From: Octopus vulgaris
Taxonomy: Eukaryota
Direction of reading: 5' to 3'
DNA length: 64,000 nt
Assembly: GCA_951406725.2 (NCBI GenBank)
Contig: OX597822.1
Coordinates: 22,010,001 to 22,074,000 of the forward strand
This document shows, piece after piece, positions 51,760-64,000 of this stretch. The position numbers and the translations under genes are program-made. Positions within the stretch are counted from its first letter, which is position 1. Each line of letters begins with the position of its first letter. Below the pieces are notes generated by a model. That model was not told the DNA's origin, did not search any database, and saw only the letters and a list, made by a program, of their open reading frames with translations.

Positions 51760-53524
51760 TGTGTAGAAGCTTCTATCAGATCGCTCCTTCATAATACCTA
51801 TGGTTTATCTTTACTTTAGGACATCAAAATAGTCACTTGTTATGTATTTACATGCACAAAATAAAGGTTGTCCCTCAAGTTGTTTCTTAGAAGATGACAC
51901 AGCTGGAACAGTTAACTTAGAAAGCATTGTAGTATCACATTCCCAAGCATAACAAAGAGCCTCTTTACTATCATTTCTATGCCTGTTCACCATCCAGTCC
52001 TCAGCAACTATGGCATAATCATCAGAAAAGCATGGCAGAAGAAAATGTATCAAGCTAATCAAGTGTCAAAAAGCACATATACAAGAACTATTCCTCATTG
52101 AAAATAGTGTGCACTCCCTGACTGGCAAGGATGCTGTTCAGTGCTGACTTCTAATTTCAAAGCAAGGTGCACCTGCAACTCTTAAGCAAAAATTTTTCAG
52201 GCAACCCAGAACCTTAACATTCGACTAGAATAGAATGTCTACCAAAGTGAATCAATCTTGATTCCAGATAAAAAATATATATATATATTTTAACAAGAAT
52301 CAAACAATTGGCAACAACTTCTGCAAGAAGAAAAGTTTTACATGATACTTTTGGTGTAACAGAAAAACACTTTTTTAATCAACCTAATCTTGCTAGAAAG
52401 TTTGTTCACTCAAATAGTTGGCTTTTGCAGTGGACTTAGCTAGAATTGCTGCAAATTTGTACACAGGTAACAGGACCGCTCATTCTAATTTTAAGCTACC
52501 ACTCAACCTTGCAACTTGTAATATTGGCAAAGGATTTGGATATGCAGATATCCAGAAGTAGACCAAGCTGAGTGTGTGAGATGAGCGCACATTAGAATCT
52601 CTTATTCTCACTTTACAATATCTCAACACCAACATCAAGGGTGGAGTTACAGTCTTGCTCTCTGGTTATTTCTGACAAACTCTGCCAATCATACCAAGGA
52701 TATGTACACTCACTGATGAGTTGAGAGCAAGCTACAAAGAAATTTACATTTTCTCTACTCATGAGAGCTGCACTAAAGAGATGCCACAGTATTTCTGTTT
52801 GTAAAAGTTTTGTTTCAATTCAGAGCAGTCACAAAGTGACATTGACCAAACGTTGTGAAATATAATCATCAATATGTTTCGAGAAATGGTATTGAAAATT
52901 TTTCTGGCCTCTCACAAAATTATAGATACAATGAGTGGCTTTCTAAATAGCTCATCCAAGCTCCCTAAAATCCCACTGTACAGGATATTAGTGTTACCAT
53001 CATTCAACAAGTACCAGTCCAATCCATATGGTGCAGGGGGTTAAAATCTGTAGTTGTCAATGCTATTAACTATCCATCAGAGTTTCTCTATTCTCTTCAG
53101 CTCAATAGTATCCTTACCACTCAATCTGCAACTTGAATGTTGGAGGAACCGATATGTAGCAGCAAAATATGGATGTACCGAAACTCTGTAATGGTACAAA
53201 GTAATTGTCAAAATTCTTATCTCACATAAACCACCATTATAACTATTTATGTGAAGGAAGTTGTTTTTATTTAACACATTCTCTTTATCCCATCAAATAT
53301 GCTATTTCAGTTTAAGCACCTTCAGTTTCCAATGAAACTGAATTTTTCAGCAAGTTTCAGTGATAGTAACAGTGTTACTGGAACTGAACTGGTAAGTTCA
53401 TGTTTTTTTTATGACCAGCTCTATGTTGCATTGCATGTGTATTGGGTCTAGCAGACATCTTTCCGTGAGAAAACTAAACTGTAGAACAAGAAGGGTTGTC
53501 TCCCTTGGAGATCTTGCTGAATAA
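51760..53524 (+). mobile_element. Decayed Helitron RepHel gene (PIF1-type helicase half)
   Basis: LEDD, SPQQLWHNHQKSMAEE, KTFLINLILA, IAANLYTGNRTAHSNFKLPLN, GGVTVLLSGYF*QTLPIIPR, INYPSEFLYSL, PKLCNGT, FQFKHLQFPMKL, CFFYDQLYVA in correct order with frameshifts. Confidence 0.9.
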
Positions 53525-53829
53525 TTTACATTCCTGTTAAAATTGCTTTTGTTTTATGTGTTGCATATCAATGCAGAATTAAATGTAAATACATGAAGCA
53601 AAATATATGCTTAGTATTTTCTTGAGTCAGGAAATTAAAATTATCAGCAAATATAGTGTCAAGAGCTTAACATGCAAACCTGGAAATATTCAACTTCAGA
53701 TGAGTATATGCATTACAATAAAAATACATATGTAAATATAATTACATACAAAAGCACTAAATAAATAATAGCTATATGTTAAACCATCTAATTTTGGAAA
53801 AAAATTTCCACATATTCAGCAACCAAGTA

Positions 53830-54068
53830 ATAGATGCTAGTGCTATGTAAAAAGCATATGTGTTGGTACCATGTTAAAAGCGCTTGGGTAAAAAACACCA
53901 GTGCTGATGCCATATAAAAAGCACTCAGTTCACTTTGTACAGATGTAGAAACCATGTCAAAACAGACAAATGGTGCTTGGTGTATCTATGACTTACCAGC
54001 TCCTCCTGAACTGTCCACCCCATGCCAGCATGGAGAATGGACATTAAAGGATAATGATGGTGATGATA
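53830..54068 (+). mobile_element. RTE LINE 3' end (family E), diverged
   Basis: GTAGAAACCATG...CCATGCCAGCATGG...GATGGTGATGAT. Confidence 0.65.
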
Positions 54069-54416
54069 TAAACAATCACTCTGAGCACCTTTTCAAACTC
54101 CACCTGTCTAACATCCGTGGACATGTTTACAAAGTCAGAAAACAGCACAGCTCCCATGACTTTCAGAAACATTTTTTCACGCTAAGAGTTGCTGAAGCAT
54201 GGAACAAACTGCCGGTGTCAGTTGTTAGTTGTCGGAGCACTGCATCCTTCAAAACTTCCATGCTTTCTGAGATTCGCCAGCACTACACCTGATTTCCTCC
54301 CCTCCATACACACGCAAGCATGTATCTGACTCATACATTGTTCACTTTCCAGATATTTGTACATTACTGCATATTCTCTATACGCACTTTTGACAAGTTG
54401 TGGTGCACCTGAGCAC
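54069..54416 (+). mobile_element. CR1 LINE 3' end
   Basis: IRGHVYKVRK...FFTLRVAEAWNKLP..VV...FKTSM*, then 3' UTR. Confidence 0.85.
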
Positions 54417-54418
54417 TC

Positions 54419-54826
54419 TCTCTCTTTACTCTTTAACTTGTTTCAGTCATTTGACTGTGGCCATGCTGGAGCACCACCTTTAGTCGACCAAATCAACCCC
54501 AGGACTTATTCATTGTAAACCTAGTACTTATTCTATCAGTCTCTTTTGCCAAACCGCTAAGTAACGGGGACATAAACACACCAGCATCGGCTGTCAAGCA
54601 ATGCTAGGGGGACAAACACAGACACACAAACACACACATGCATATATATGTATACATATATACGACGGGCTTCTTTCAGTTTCCGTCTACCAAATCCACT
54701 CACAAGGCTTTGGTCGGCCCGAGGCAATAGTAGAAGACACTTGTCCAAGGTACCATGCAGTGGGACTGAACCCGGAACTATGTGGTTGGTAAACAAGCTA
54801 CTTACCACACAGCCACTCCTGCGCCT
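54419..54826 (-). mobile_element. Full-length young family A SINE
   Basis: Reverse complement of 48432-48884, ends CCACTCCTGCGCC. Confidence 0.92.
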
Positions 54827-55937
54827 GTATCCAATAATTTCATTATCGTTATTATTATTATAATATAAGTCTATCTATCTAGCTGTATGCATGTATACTC
54901 ACACACTTAATATTATATATTAAATTAAATGATAAATCTATGATTTATTTCAGATAGCCATAATATTAATTCATTTTTACATTCATAATCTTTTCACTCG
55001 CTTTTAGCCTGTGTTTCTTTTTAAAGCCACCAGGTTTCATCTCATAAACACTTCATTATGAACACCTTATGTAGTCCAGTAATGAATTTATTTTAATTTA
55101 AAGAGTTTCAATTAATTTATTATTCTTACTGAAATTAAATTAGCTACTGTATAGGTTATTTATTTGATGTTAATTATTTTACAGTTATTAAGTTAATTTT
55201 AATAAGGATTTTTTTTTTTTTTATATAAATAAAAGTTGTTCATATTCTTCCAACGTTGATTCTTTAGTTTTAATTGATAAATGTAGTGACTTTTTCTCTC
55301 TGCATATGCTACAAAATATATTTTTAGCATAAAATTTAGTTGTTCTCTTAGAATTTTCATATTTTCTTTTCTCCTTTGTTTCATTCCTAATTAATTTCTC
55401 CATCTTCTGTGCTGCTCCAATAATGAAATAGTTTTATATGATTTGAATTTTATTTTTTTTTTCATTCAAAATAAGGACTATTACTTTCATTAGTTTCCAT
55501 GGCTAAGTTTTATTTTATTTTATTTTGTTTGTAAAATTTATCCATTGGTAAGTAATAAAGGCAAAGTTAACTGCAGCGGGATTTAAAATCAGAGCAGCAC
55601 AGAGCATCAGAAAAATACCACAAGGCCTTTCATCTGATGCTCTACTGACTCTACCAATTTCCTACCTTCTTTCTGTTTCTCTTGCGTACTTCTCTCTTTC
55701 TATGCTCCTCACAACACAGTTCATAGGTTTTTGCACCTAGGAATTACCCCTCCAAGGCATAAGCCTGAGAAAGGCTTTTTCAGTGAAAGACAAACAGATG
55801 CCCATGTATGAAGTCTTTTCTCTCCATGTCACTGATGAATGCAATGTGGAAGACTAAGCCCAATACAGATTGTTGTCAGGGCCATTGCAGGAACTACTGT
55901 GAGAACAGTCAGATTAAATAGTATATATATATATATA

Positions 55938-56300
55938 TTCATAAGGTATTGGAATCTTACATTGTGTATAAACTCTATTCTTGGAATGAGCAATTTTCAA
56001 TAATGTTGGATTTTTCTCATAAGGTATTGGAATGTTACGTACATACCATTCTACCTAAAAAAATGGGTCTGCAAATTCAATATCCCTACATAACTCACAT
56101 CTATTTTCTTTCCTCCACCTCACTCTCTATTTTGTATCCTATCTAAATTAACTATTACTTAACCATCCTCTCAAACCGTCTTGGATGAAGAGTTATAATT
56201 AATAAATATCCTGAAAACAGCTGTAAGACCTTCTAAGTATAAATGTTCTAATATTTACACAGACTTGGTTTTTTTATCTCATTATGCAAAACATTCTGAT
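55938..56300 (+). mobile_element. Penelope-like terminal fragment in (TA)n with degenerate hammerhead
   Basis: TA flanks; internal direct repeat TCATAAGGTATTGGAAT; GTCT-TGGATGA-AG...CCT-GAAAACAGCTGT-A-AGAC. Confidence 0.55.
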
Positions 56301-56496
56301 ATATATATATATATGTATGTACATACACATAAAGGCAAAACTGGTGCAGGTGTGTTTACGTAGTGGTTCAGCAAAAGAGACTAATAGAATAAGTATCAGG
56401 CTTTAAAAAGCTAAAAAAAAGTACTGGGATCAATTCACCTGACTAAAATTCTTCAAAGTGATGCCCCAACATGACTGAAACAAGTATATATGTATT

Positions 56497-57660
56497 GTCA
56501 TCATCATCATCATTTCATTTCTGCTTTCCATGCTGGCATGGGTTGGGCAGTTTGACAGGACCTGACAGGCTGCAGAACTGTGTCAGGCCCCAGTGTCAGG
56601 ATGCTGAGGTGTATGTGTGAGGAGAGAACTGACATGGATAAATCGTGTGTTGGGCCCAGCGCCTACAGTCTTAAGTATAATACATTCAGGACCTCACTTT
56701 CACCATGGTGGACAGGTCTTCTTGAGCACAGCATATTGCCAATCCTCTTAGCCTTTTGAGTTCTCTAAGAAAGGTTAACATCTTGAGGTTATCATGATGG
56801 ATGGGTCTTTTCAAGCACAGTGAATCACCAGTTGTCTTGGTCCTTTGTCTCTTCCTCTATGGGGCTTGTCATCTTGAGATTTTCTCTCACTACCTTGTCC
56901 CATGTCTTCCAGGTCTCTCTTTTATATAAGTTCCATCCACTGTGAGTGATCAGCATTTTGGCCTCATCTATACACATAACATGATCAAATCTCTAGTGTC
57001 TTCTCTCTTGCACACTACATTTAATTCTTCTTGTGCCTAATTTTTCTCTTGACACATTTGCATTTTGCTGTACAACCACACTGACATTGCACATCCAATG
57101 TAGCATACAAGTTCCATACTTTTCTAGCCTTCATATGCCCTCTGCATGCAAAACACATGTTTCTCTACCATGTAACATTATTTCTTATACACAAGCGGCA
57201 TACAATCTGCTTTTCACTCTGAGAGAGAAAGAGAGAGATTTTGTTGCCAACAGAGGTAATAACTCTCTGAACTGCCTCTACTTTATTTTTATTTTAGCAG
57301 CTATAATTTCAGAACATTCTTCTCCACTGCAAATTAGGCCACCTGAGCAACAGATACCATCTATTTCCTCTAGAGGTCTCTTGGGAATTTGAGAAAGTCT
57401 ATTTCATATTTGTCCTTAGTCTTTATAGCCTCTGCACATCTTCCACATGCAATGACTACTTTCTTTGTTAACCTTCATATGATTCCATTGCACCCCTGTG
57501 TGTCCTTAGCTTGCATTGGGTACACTGTAGGGAAATTTCTACCTACGCCTTTCCTACACACTGAGTAAGGCCATTTACTTGATAGGAAGAGAGTCCTATT
57601 AATTTTCTTGTTTCCCACTTATTTTGTTTTTGCTAGATTAACCTTAAGGCTCTTTGACCT
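56497..57660 (-). mobile_element. RTE LINE (family E-related), post-RT region and 3' end
   Basis: KSLKVNLAKTK...KWPYSVCRKGVGRN..CTQCKL.TH..C...CGRC; (CAT)n at 56498. Confidence 0.8.
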
Positions 57661-58399
57661 TAACAAAACTCCAGTCCACTCATCCATTTTGTAATCTGAC
57701 GTACATTTATAGGCTGCAAGAAAGCTTTATCATTCTAATATACAACACTTAGTAAATCTCTACTGCTTTCTCTCTTTTTCCCCATCCTTTATCTTTCTCA
57801 CACATACACATACACGTTTGTATAGTTTAATCTCAGCAGAATGCTACAAAACTGATTTAAAGGCTGAGAGTTTCATGCATGACACTCATGAAATTCTTTG
57901 AGTGTGTTTGTTTGTGTCCCAGTTGTGTAGAAGTTCACTTCATAACCACATAGTTTAGAGCATTTACCAAGTGTGTGGTACTTTTATTACAGCCTGTTTT
58001 CCATGGATGGACGGACAGATGGATGGATGAGAATGACTGGCTTTCAGCTTTGAAATATAACTCCAGGCATTACTATAGACACAATAAGGAAAGAAATGAC
58101 TTATTCCTTCTCTACTATGATAGGGAAAAATTCTCTGCCTTTACCATTTTAATATTTAAGTAAGTTTTTCGACCCCTCTTAACAGAGTAGTTGTGTTTGA
58201 TATTATAACACTGTCTAATACCAATTATAGATCTTAAGAATTACATACATTTGTTAGGCAATCTCTGAAGATTTGATTCTGTAATTGGTTTATAAGATTC
58301 CTTTCCTTGTGCTATAGATATTATTGATAACAAAACATAAATAAGATTATGCAACTAAATAATTTACCATTACAGTTTCCAATTTTGTGGTTTTCTGTG

Positions 58400-58733
58400 T
58401 ATATTGGGCAAGTGTCATCTACTATAGCTTTAGGTTGACTGAAGTCACATGAGTGGATTTGGGAGACCGAATCTAAAACAAGCCCATAGTATATACATGT
58501 GCATGTATGTCTAACTATATGTGTATGTTTCTGTGTCTCTCCCCCACTACAAATTGAGAACTAGTATTGGTTCATTTGTATCCCTGTAACTTGGTAGTTC
58601 AGCAAAAGATACCAATAGACTAAGTCCCAGCCTAAAAAAATTGGTACTGGTGTTGATTTGCTAGACTAAAAACTTCAAAGTGATGCCTCAGCATGACCAC
58701 AGTTCATTGACTGAAACAAGTAAAAGATAAAAG
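58400..58733 (+). mobile_element. Family A SINE, diverged
   Basis: TGGGCAAGTGTCATC...CTGAAACAAGTAAAAGATAAAAGA. Confidence 0.7.
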
Positions 58734-58978
58734 ACCTGTGCATACATATGTGTTTGTGTGTGTACATTCTTAACATGAGAGAAAGGTAGTCTTAGATATG
58801 GTGAGATGGAACATTGTGTTGTTTCGTGGCTGGTAGGATAGAATCCAAGGTTATCTCAGACATGTTACCATTGATGAAACAGAATAACTGAAGTGAGATG
58901 TTAAGAAACCAGTTAAATTTTAAGGGCATATCTATTTAAGAAAATATCTATGAGGTGATATTTGTGTGTTTGTGTGCA

Positions 58979-59017
<39 letters not shown>

Positions 59018-59020
<3 letters not shown>

Positions 59021-59329
59021 GAGGCGCAATAGCCCAGTGGTTAGAGCAGCGGACTCACAGTCGTAGGATCGCAGTTTTGATTCCCAGACCGAGCGTTGTA
59101 AGTGTTTATTGAAAGAAAACACCTAAAGCTCCACGAGGCTATGGCAGGGGATGGTGGCGATCCCTGCTGTACTCTTTCACCACAACTTTCTCTCACTCTT
59201 TCTTCTGTTGGCCTGCTCGCTTAGCAAGTGGGGTGGCATCATTAAAAGCTAAAACAATGTGAAGTGCATTGTGACCAGCGATGTGTAGCAACATCTGATA
59301 GCCTGGTTAGTCATGGTGATCACGGTGAT
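59018..59329 (+). mobile_element. Family C tRNA-derived SINE within (TA)n
   Basis: GGAGGCGCAATAGCCCAGTGGTTAGAGCAGCGGACT...CACGGTGAT. Confidence 0.85.
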
Positions 59330-59879
59330 ATATATATATATATAACACACATATGTGTGTGTATGTGAAGTATTAGAAATTGGTTTGAAAAATCCTATCG
59401 ATTGCTTTTCAGGCACAACAGACCATAACTTACTAAAATGTGATTAGAAATGTTTTTTGTTTGCTGTATTAACTGAATGTGAGATCTATGGCCCAGCTGA
59501 GTTAAACTTTGTTGAAAATATTGATCGAGCTGGTTGTTGAAATATTAAAAATAAGATTAAATCAGATTTATCACATAACTCATCCTCTCTGAATATCTGT
59601 CTCCTCTCTATATATTATGTGTGTGTGTGTGTATGCATACATATATGTATGCATACATATGTGTGTCTGTGTGTGAATATATTAATGAAATAGAAACAAA
59701 GATTCATTGAATGCTTCAATAAAACTTTGATAGAAATGAAATGTACATGTAATCAACTGATTTCACCTTTTTAAAGATATTCATGATTTTGTCCTTGATG
59801 ATGTTATAATTTGATAAATAGATACTGTTAACAGTAACAGGGGAGCTAATAATAACAATATTACTAAATATACATTAAT

Positions 59880-61340
59880 TAAATGTGCTTATTTAAATCC
59901 AGTTGTTGTTTTTCAATGAAAGGAGACATCTTATTGATCTGCTATTGTTTAAATGTTCTGTATAGCAATATACAAGAAAGTTTTAAAATTCCATTGCTGA
60001 TTATCAGTGCATATAGTTATATGTTCACAGAGATAGTTGTCTGTAGCCTGGAAATTGAATTTGCTCGCAGTGCAGTGTCATTTGTTCTTTTTTAAAGTTT
60101 ATTCCTGTTTGACTATATAATTCTCTACACATACCAAACAAATTATTATACAAATTAGGTTTCCAGAAGTAAAGTAAAATTTTTATGGCATTCATTGCTT
60201 TCAGAGAAGTTAAGACACATTCTACCGCTAAGTTGCCCACATTTTTCACTATTAGTTCTATTGCTATTGAATATGATATGGCATAGGCACAAACATTGCT
60301 GTGTGGCTGAGAAGCTTGATTTGCACACAAATAGTTTTGGGTTCAGTCTCACTGCATGGCATCTTTGGCAAGTGCCTTTTACTACAGGACCAGGCTGTCC
60401 AATGCCTTAGACAGGGACCGTGAGCAAACCTTTTGTGTATATGTTTGTGTGTGTTCATGCATGTGTCTTTGTGTTTGTCCCTATCTCCACTGTTTGACAA
60501 CCACTGTTGGTTTGTTTATGTTACTGTAACTTAATGGCTTGGCAAAAGAGGCCGATAAAATAAGAACCAGAGTTTAAAAACCCACAGCAAGGCAGTGCCC
60601 CAGTAGAGCTGTAGTCTAGTCCAAATACTGAAACAGTTAAAGACAACAACATGTCCATACTCTCTTTAATGATTTCAAGTTTTCATTTTTTTTTTTATAT
60701 GTATATGTGTTTGGAGAGTCTGTTTAATCTTTGCAGTATTGGTACATTTTTAAGAATAATCTAGGTTGCTCCTGAAGTTTATAGGACAGTGACTAATGTC
60801 ATATGGTATCATATTCGATTCTGGTGTGTTGTTTTGTTTTATTTCTCTAAGTATTTGGACATCAATTGTCTTGGCAAACTGTATACCATCATCTATTAAC
60901 ACAGCTGAATAGTGTCTGTCATATATCTTTAAGCTCTTGAAGTTGGATTTTATGTGTATTTCTGTCCAACTCAACTGTCATATCCTCTTGGCTAGATTGA
61001 AAGGAATATTTGTTTTAGAGTGTTTTGTGTGACATGCAGTAAAGAGTAGATATTGCTTCGAGCCTGTAGATTTGTATTATATGTCTGTTTCAATTCAGTT
61101 GTTGAATATCATTATTAAACTATCTAAAAACTTGGTTTCTCTTGACTATTCCATAGTGAATTGAATGTTATTACTGATTACATTAAGTCATATTTTAAAT
61201 TCATTTAATTTCTCTGTGCTTTCATTTCATAGATTAAAGCAATTGTCTACGAATCTTTTCCAGTTCTCTTTTGTATATTGATTGAAAAATTTCAATATTT
61301 TCATGATAATCTTGTTACATTGTAATTTTCAAGTATCTTG
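59880..61340 (-). mobile_element. Second decayed Penelope-like element (RT + Cys-containing GIY-YIG), interrupted by a SINE at ~60285-60650
   Basis: WKRFVDNCF, IQFTME, KFLDSL, TDI*YKSTGSKQYLLFTACHTKHSKTNIPFNLAKRI; KCGQLSGRMC...MCRELYSQTG...MTLHCEQIQFPGYRQ. Confidence 0.85.
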
Positions 61341-61434
61341 ATGTGATATCATGTGTTGAAACAGATGTTGCTGTATTTTAGAACAGTCATTTTACTAACA
61401 AAATCACATGGGTTGGTTGCATTTCACTTCTTAT

Positions 61435-61730
61435 AATTATTAGTTGATGTAATTAACAAATTAATGAATATATTGCTTGATTAATGGTTTGATCATCAAT
61501 CAGTTGGTCCATTAGAGTTCCTTCATTACAGTCAGTGATCTGTGACTTTATTGATGAAATATCCTTATCGGTTTTTTTTTTGTCCCAATCTCAGAAGATC
61601 AGATGAGAGCATATCGTCATCAAGATCACAGACGCTGATGAAAGGATTTCAATGAATCAGATTATTGATTCCTCAAATGATTGATCAAACAATATATTAG
61701 TTAATTAATTAACTAGTTGACTGATAATAA
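61435..61730. repeat. Old ~295-bp foldback with diverged arms
   Basis: AATATATTGCTTGATTAAT / ATTGATCAAACAATATATT and GTCAGTGATCT / AGATCACAGAC pair symmetrically around ~61580. Confidence 0.65.
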
Positions 61731-61937
61731 CGGCAGTAACAGTAATATTTATGACTTATTTGCTGCAGGGACAACAGATGAGGGCAGCATTACAAGGACA
61801 ATTTTAAATTTATATGGGGATTTGCAGAAAAAGACGAGGGGAAGAAATGAAGATAAGTTATCAAGTATACATGGTACACAAAATATATGATACAGTCCTC
61901 CTGATACAGGAGAATTTCCTACTAAGGCCAATAATAA

Positions 61938-62162
61938 TAATAATAATCCTTTCTACAATAGGCACAAGGCCTGAAAGTTTGGGGGTGGGAGCTAGTCAAT
62001 TACATTGACCCCAGTGCATAACTGGTACTTATTTCATCGACTCCAAAGCAATGAAAGGCAAAGTCGACCTCAGCAGAATTTGAACTAAGAACATAAGGAC
62101 AGAACAAATGCTGTTAAGTATTTTGCCCAGCATGCTATGGATTCTGCTAGCTCACCTCATTA
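61938..62162 (-). mobile_element. Family B SINE in AAT context
   Basis: (AAT)n-CCTTTCTACAATAGGCACAAGGCC...GGCAAAGTCGACCTC...GAATTTGAACT. Confidence 0.85.
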
Positions 62163-62213
62163 TAATTAATAATTATAATGATTATCATTATTACCATTAT
62201 CATTATTATTATT

Positions 62214-62310
62214 AAGGTGGTGAACTGCCAGAACCGTTAGCATGCTGGGCAAAATGCTTAGCTGCATTTCATCCATTTGAGTTCAAATTCCACCGAGGTT
62301 GGCTTATCTA
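62214..62310 (+). mobile_element. Family B SINE 5' part
   Basis: (ATT)n-AAGGTGGTGAACTGCCAGAACCGTTAGC...GAGTTCAAATTCCACCGAGG. Confidence 0.75.
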
Positions 62311-64000
62311 TTCTTGTTGAACCATCCAACCCATGCCAGCATGGTAAAGTAGATGTTAAATGATGATTATGATAATGATGTCATATATATTTGTGTGTGT
62401 GTGTACATATATGTCATATCATCATCTGCATTGGTGTAGGCAGACCATTGAATGATGTTAATACATCATTTCATGTCCACTTTTCAAACTGGTTTAGGTT
62501 GGATATTTAAACATGATCCAATGAATCAGAGGAGTATATCTTGCTCCAGTATCTCTCATCTTGTAGGGTTTTTATTGCTTGAAGCCCTTTTTAAGATCAA
62601 CTTCTTTAAATTATGTTCTAGGTGGGTTTTTTTTTTTTTTTTTTTTTTTTTTCTTTCATGGCATCAGCACTAGTGAGGTTATCATATAACCACTCGGCTA
62701 AGACAGAGCTTAGAGAAGAAGGGCGTGGTTTGGAATAAATGTACAAAGTCTCCTGCTATAAAGTACTGAATAAATATCAACACAAGGGATATTGATGGGA
62801 CAGTCACATCAGAACTTCTGCCAAGTGTGAACATAACAGAAGAGAGACAAGGAAAACTATGTATCCAAAGGGAGAGAGAGGATAACTTTAGACAGCTGCT
62901 TAGAAACCTTCAGCTTCTATACCTAGCTTATAAATTCACACTTATACTAATTAATAACTGGTGTACTTGGTTTTGTTACTAAATGTCCATGTGACAATAT
63001 GAAAAAGCTAGGGTTTTCAGAAAAAGAAATCAACCAGTTAACATACATACACATTACAAATACAATCAATCGGCAGAACTAAAAATATGCAAGATTTTTA
63101 TCAAGTTCAAGAAGTGACATTATTTTTGTTATCTATATTCCAGTGCTAGAGCTTTGTATCTTTGTTAGAAGCCAGCTCCTTCCATACAGAAAGAATTCAA
63201 ATAATCAAAAATAGAAGAAAATCTACATACATGCATACATACACATTCACATACATACATACACACACACTTACAGCATTAATTTAAACCAAACTTAGAT
63301 GTTTATAAAATTATTAGTAAATTATGTTTCATGTGAAAAGTATTCATTTTGACACATACATAGATATTTCCTTCTCTGTTTATCTATAATTTAATGTATA
63401 TACATTCAAACTTACATGCACATACAAACATAGAAATGAATACATAAAAATATATAGCTCTCTCTCGTACATTTTTATATATATTCATATTTGCATTATG
63501 GTTTATAGGTGTGTAAAAAAAGAGTAAATGCTACTACATACGTTCTTCTACACACTTTCACACTTGTAATATATGCCTATGTAATTATTTATGCCTACAC
63601 TCACTTACAGACACTCACGTGTGTTTATGCACTAAGATATATGCAGACACACACTGATACAACCCTATACTTGCAAATTATAAAAACAATATTCACATTA
63701 CATATAAATATAATAAATATGTTTAATAGATATTTATATATGCATACATGCTCACATGCATACTTACAGACATACATATATGCATATATAAATTTACATA
63801 AACAGCTACATGTAAACTTATATTTACATACACATGTAGAAATATATATTCAGTACAAACAGTTTCATACTTACACAAATGTTTAATATACAATTATATT
63901 ATTTATACACTAATATGTACATACAGATACACATATAATGTTATGTGTGTGTGTGTGTATAGTTAAACAAGAATATTATTGACAGTGACTTTGAAGTTAA

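Noticed and set aside
51811-52062. 83-aa minus-strand ORF resembling a transposon accessory protein
   Set aside because: Better explained as antisense of the Helitron remnant on the + strand

Overview
This is AT-rich, microsatellite-dense animal genomic DNA. The SINE/LINE families and (TA)n/(AAT)n content point to an octopus (coleoid cephalopod); this is inference, not a database match. I can support only one host coding exon: a 152-nt + strand exon (44781-44932) of an M1 zinc aminopeptidase carrying GAMEN and HEXXH. The rest is most likely very long intron packed with mobile-element remnants. These include two Penelope-like elements of different types, short hammerhead-ribozyme-bearing repeats, R4/Dong-like RLE LINEs in (AAT)n, RTE LINEs with a PHD-type finger after the RT core, and CR1 fragments. 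There are also a decayed Helitron RepHel gene, non-autonomous Helitron/Helentron-like elements, MITEs, at least four tRNA-derived SINE families, palindromes and local duplications. Nearly all ORFs in the track are microsatellite or antisense-TE artefacts. The best leads are: an apparently intact minimal hammerhead ribozyme (3228-3262); a GIY-YIG domain split by a ~130-codon Ser/Asn-rich insert; inverted SINE copies bracketing the catalytic exon; and opposite-polarity targeting of (AAT)n by a LINE and a SINE. All alignments were done by eye, TE boundaries are approximate, and short exons may have been missed.
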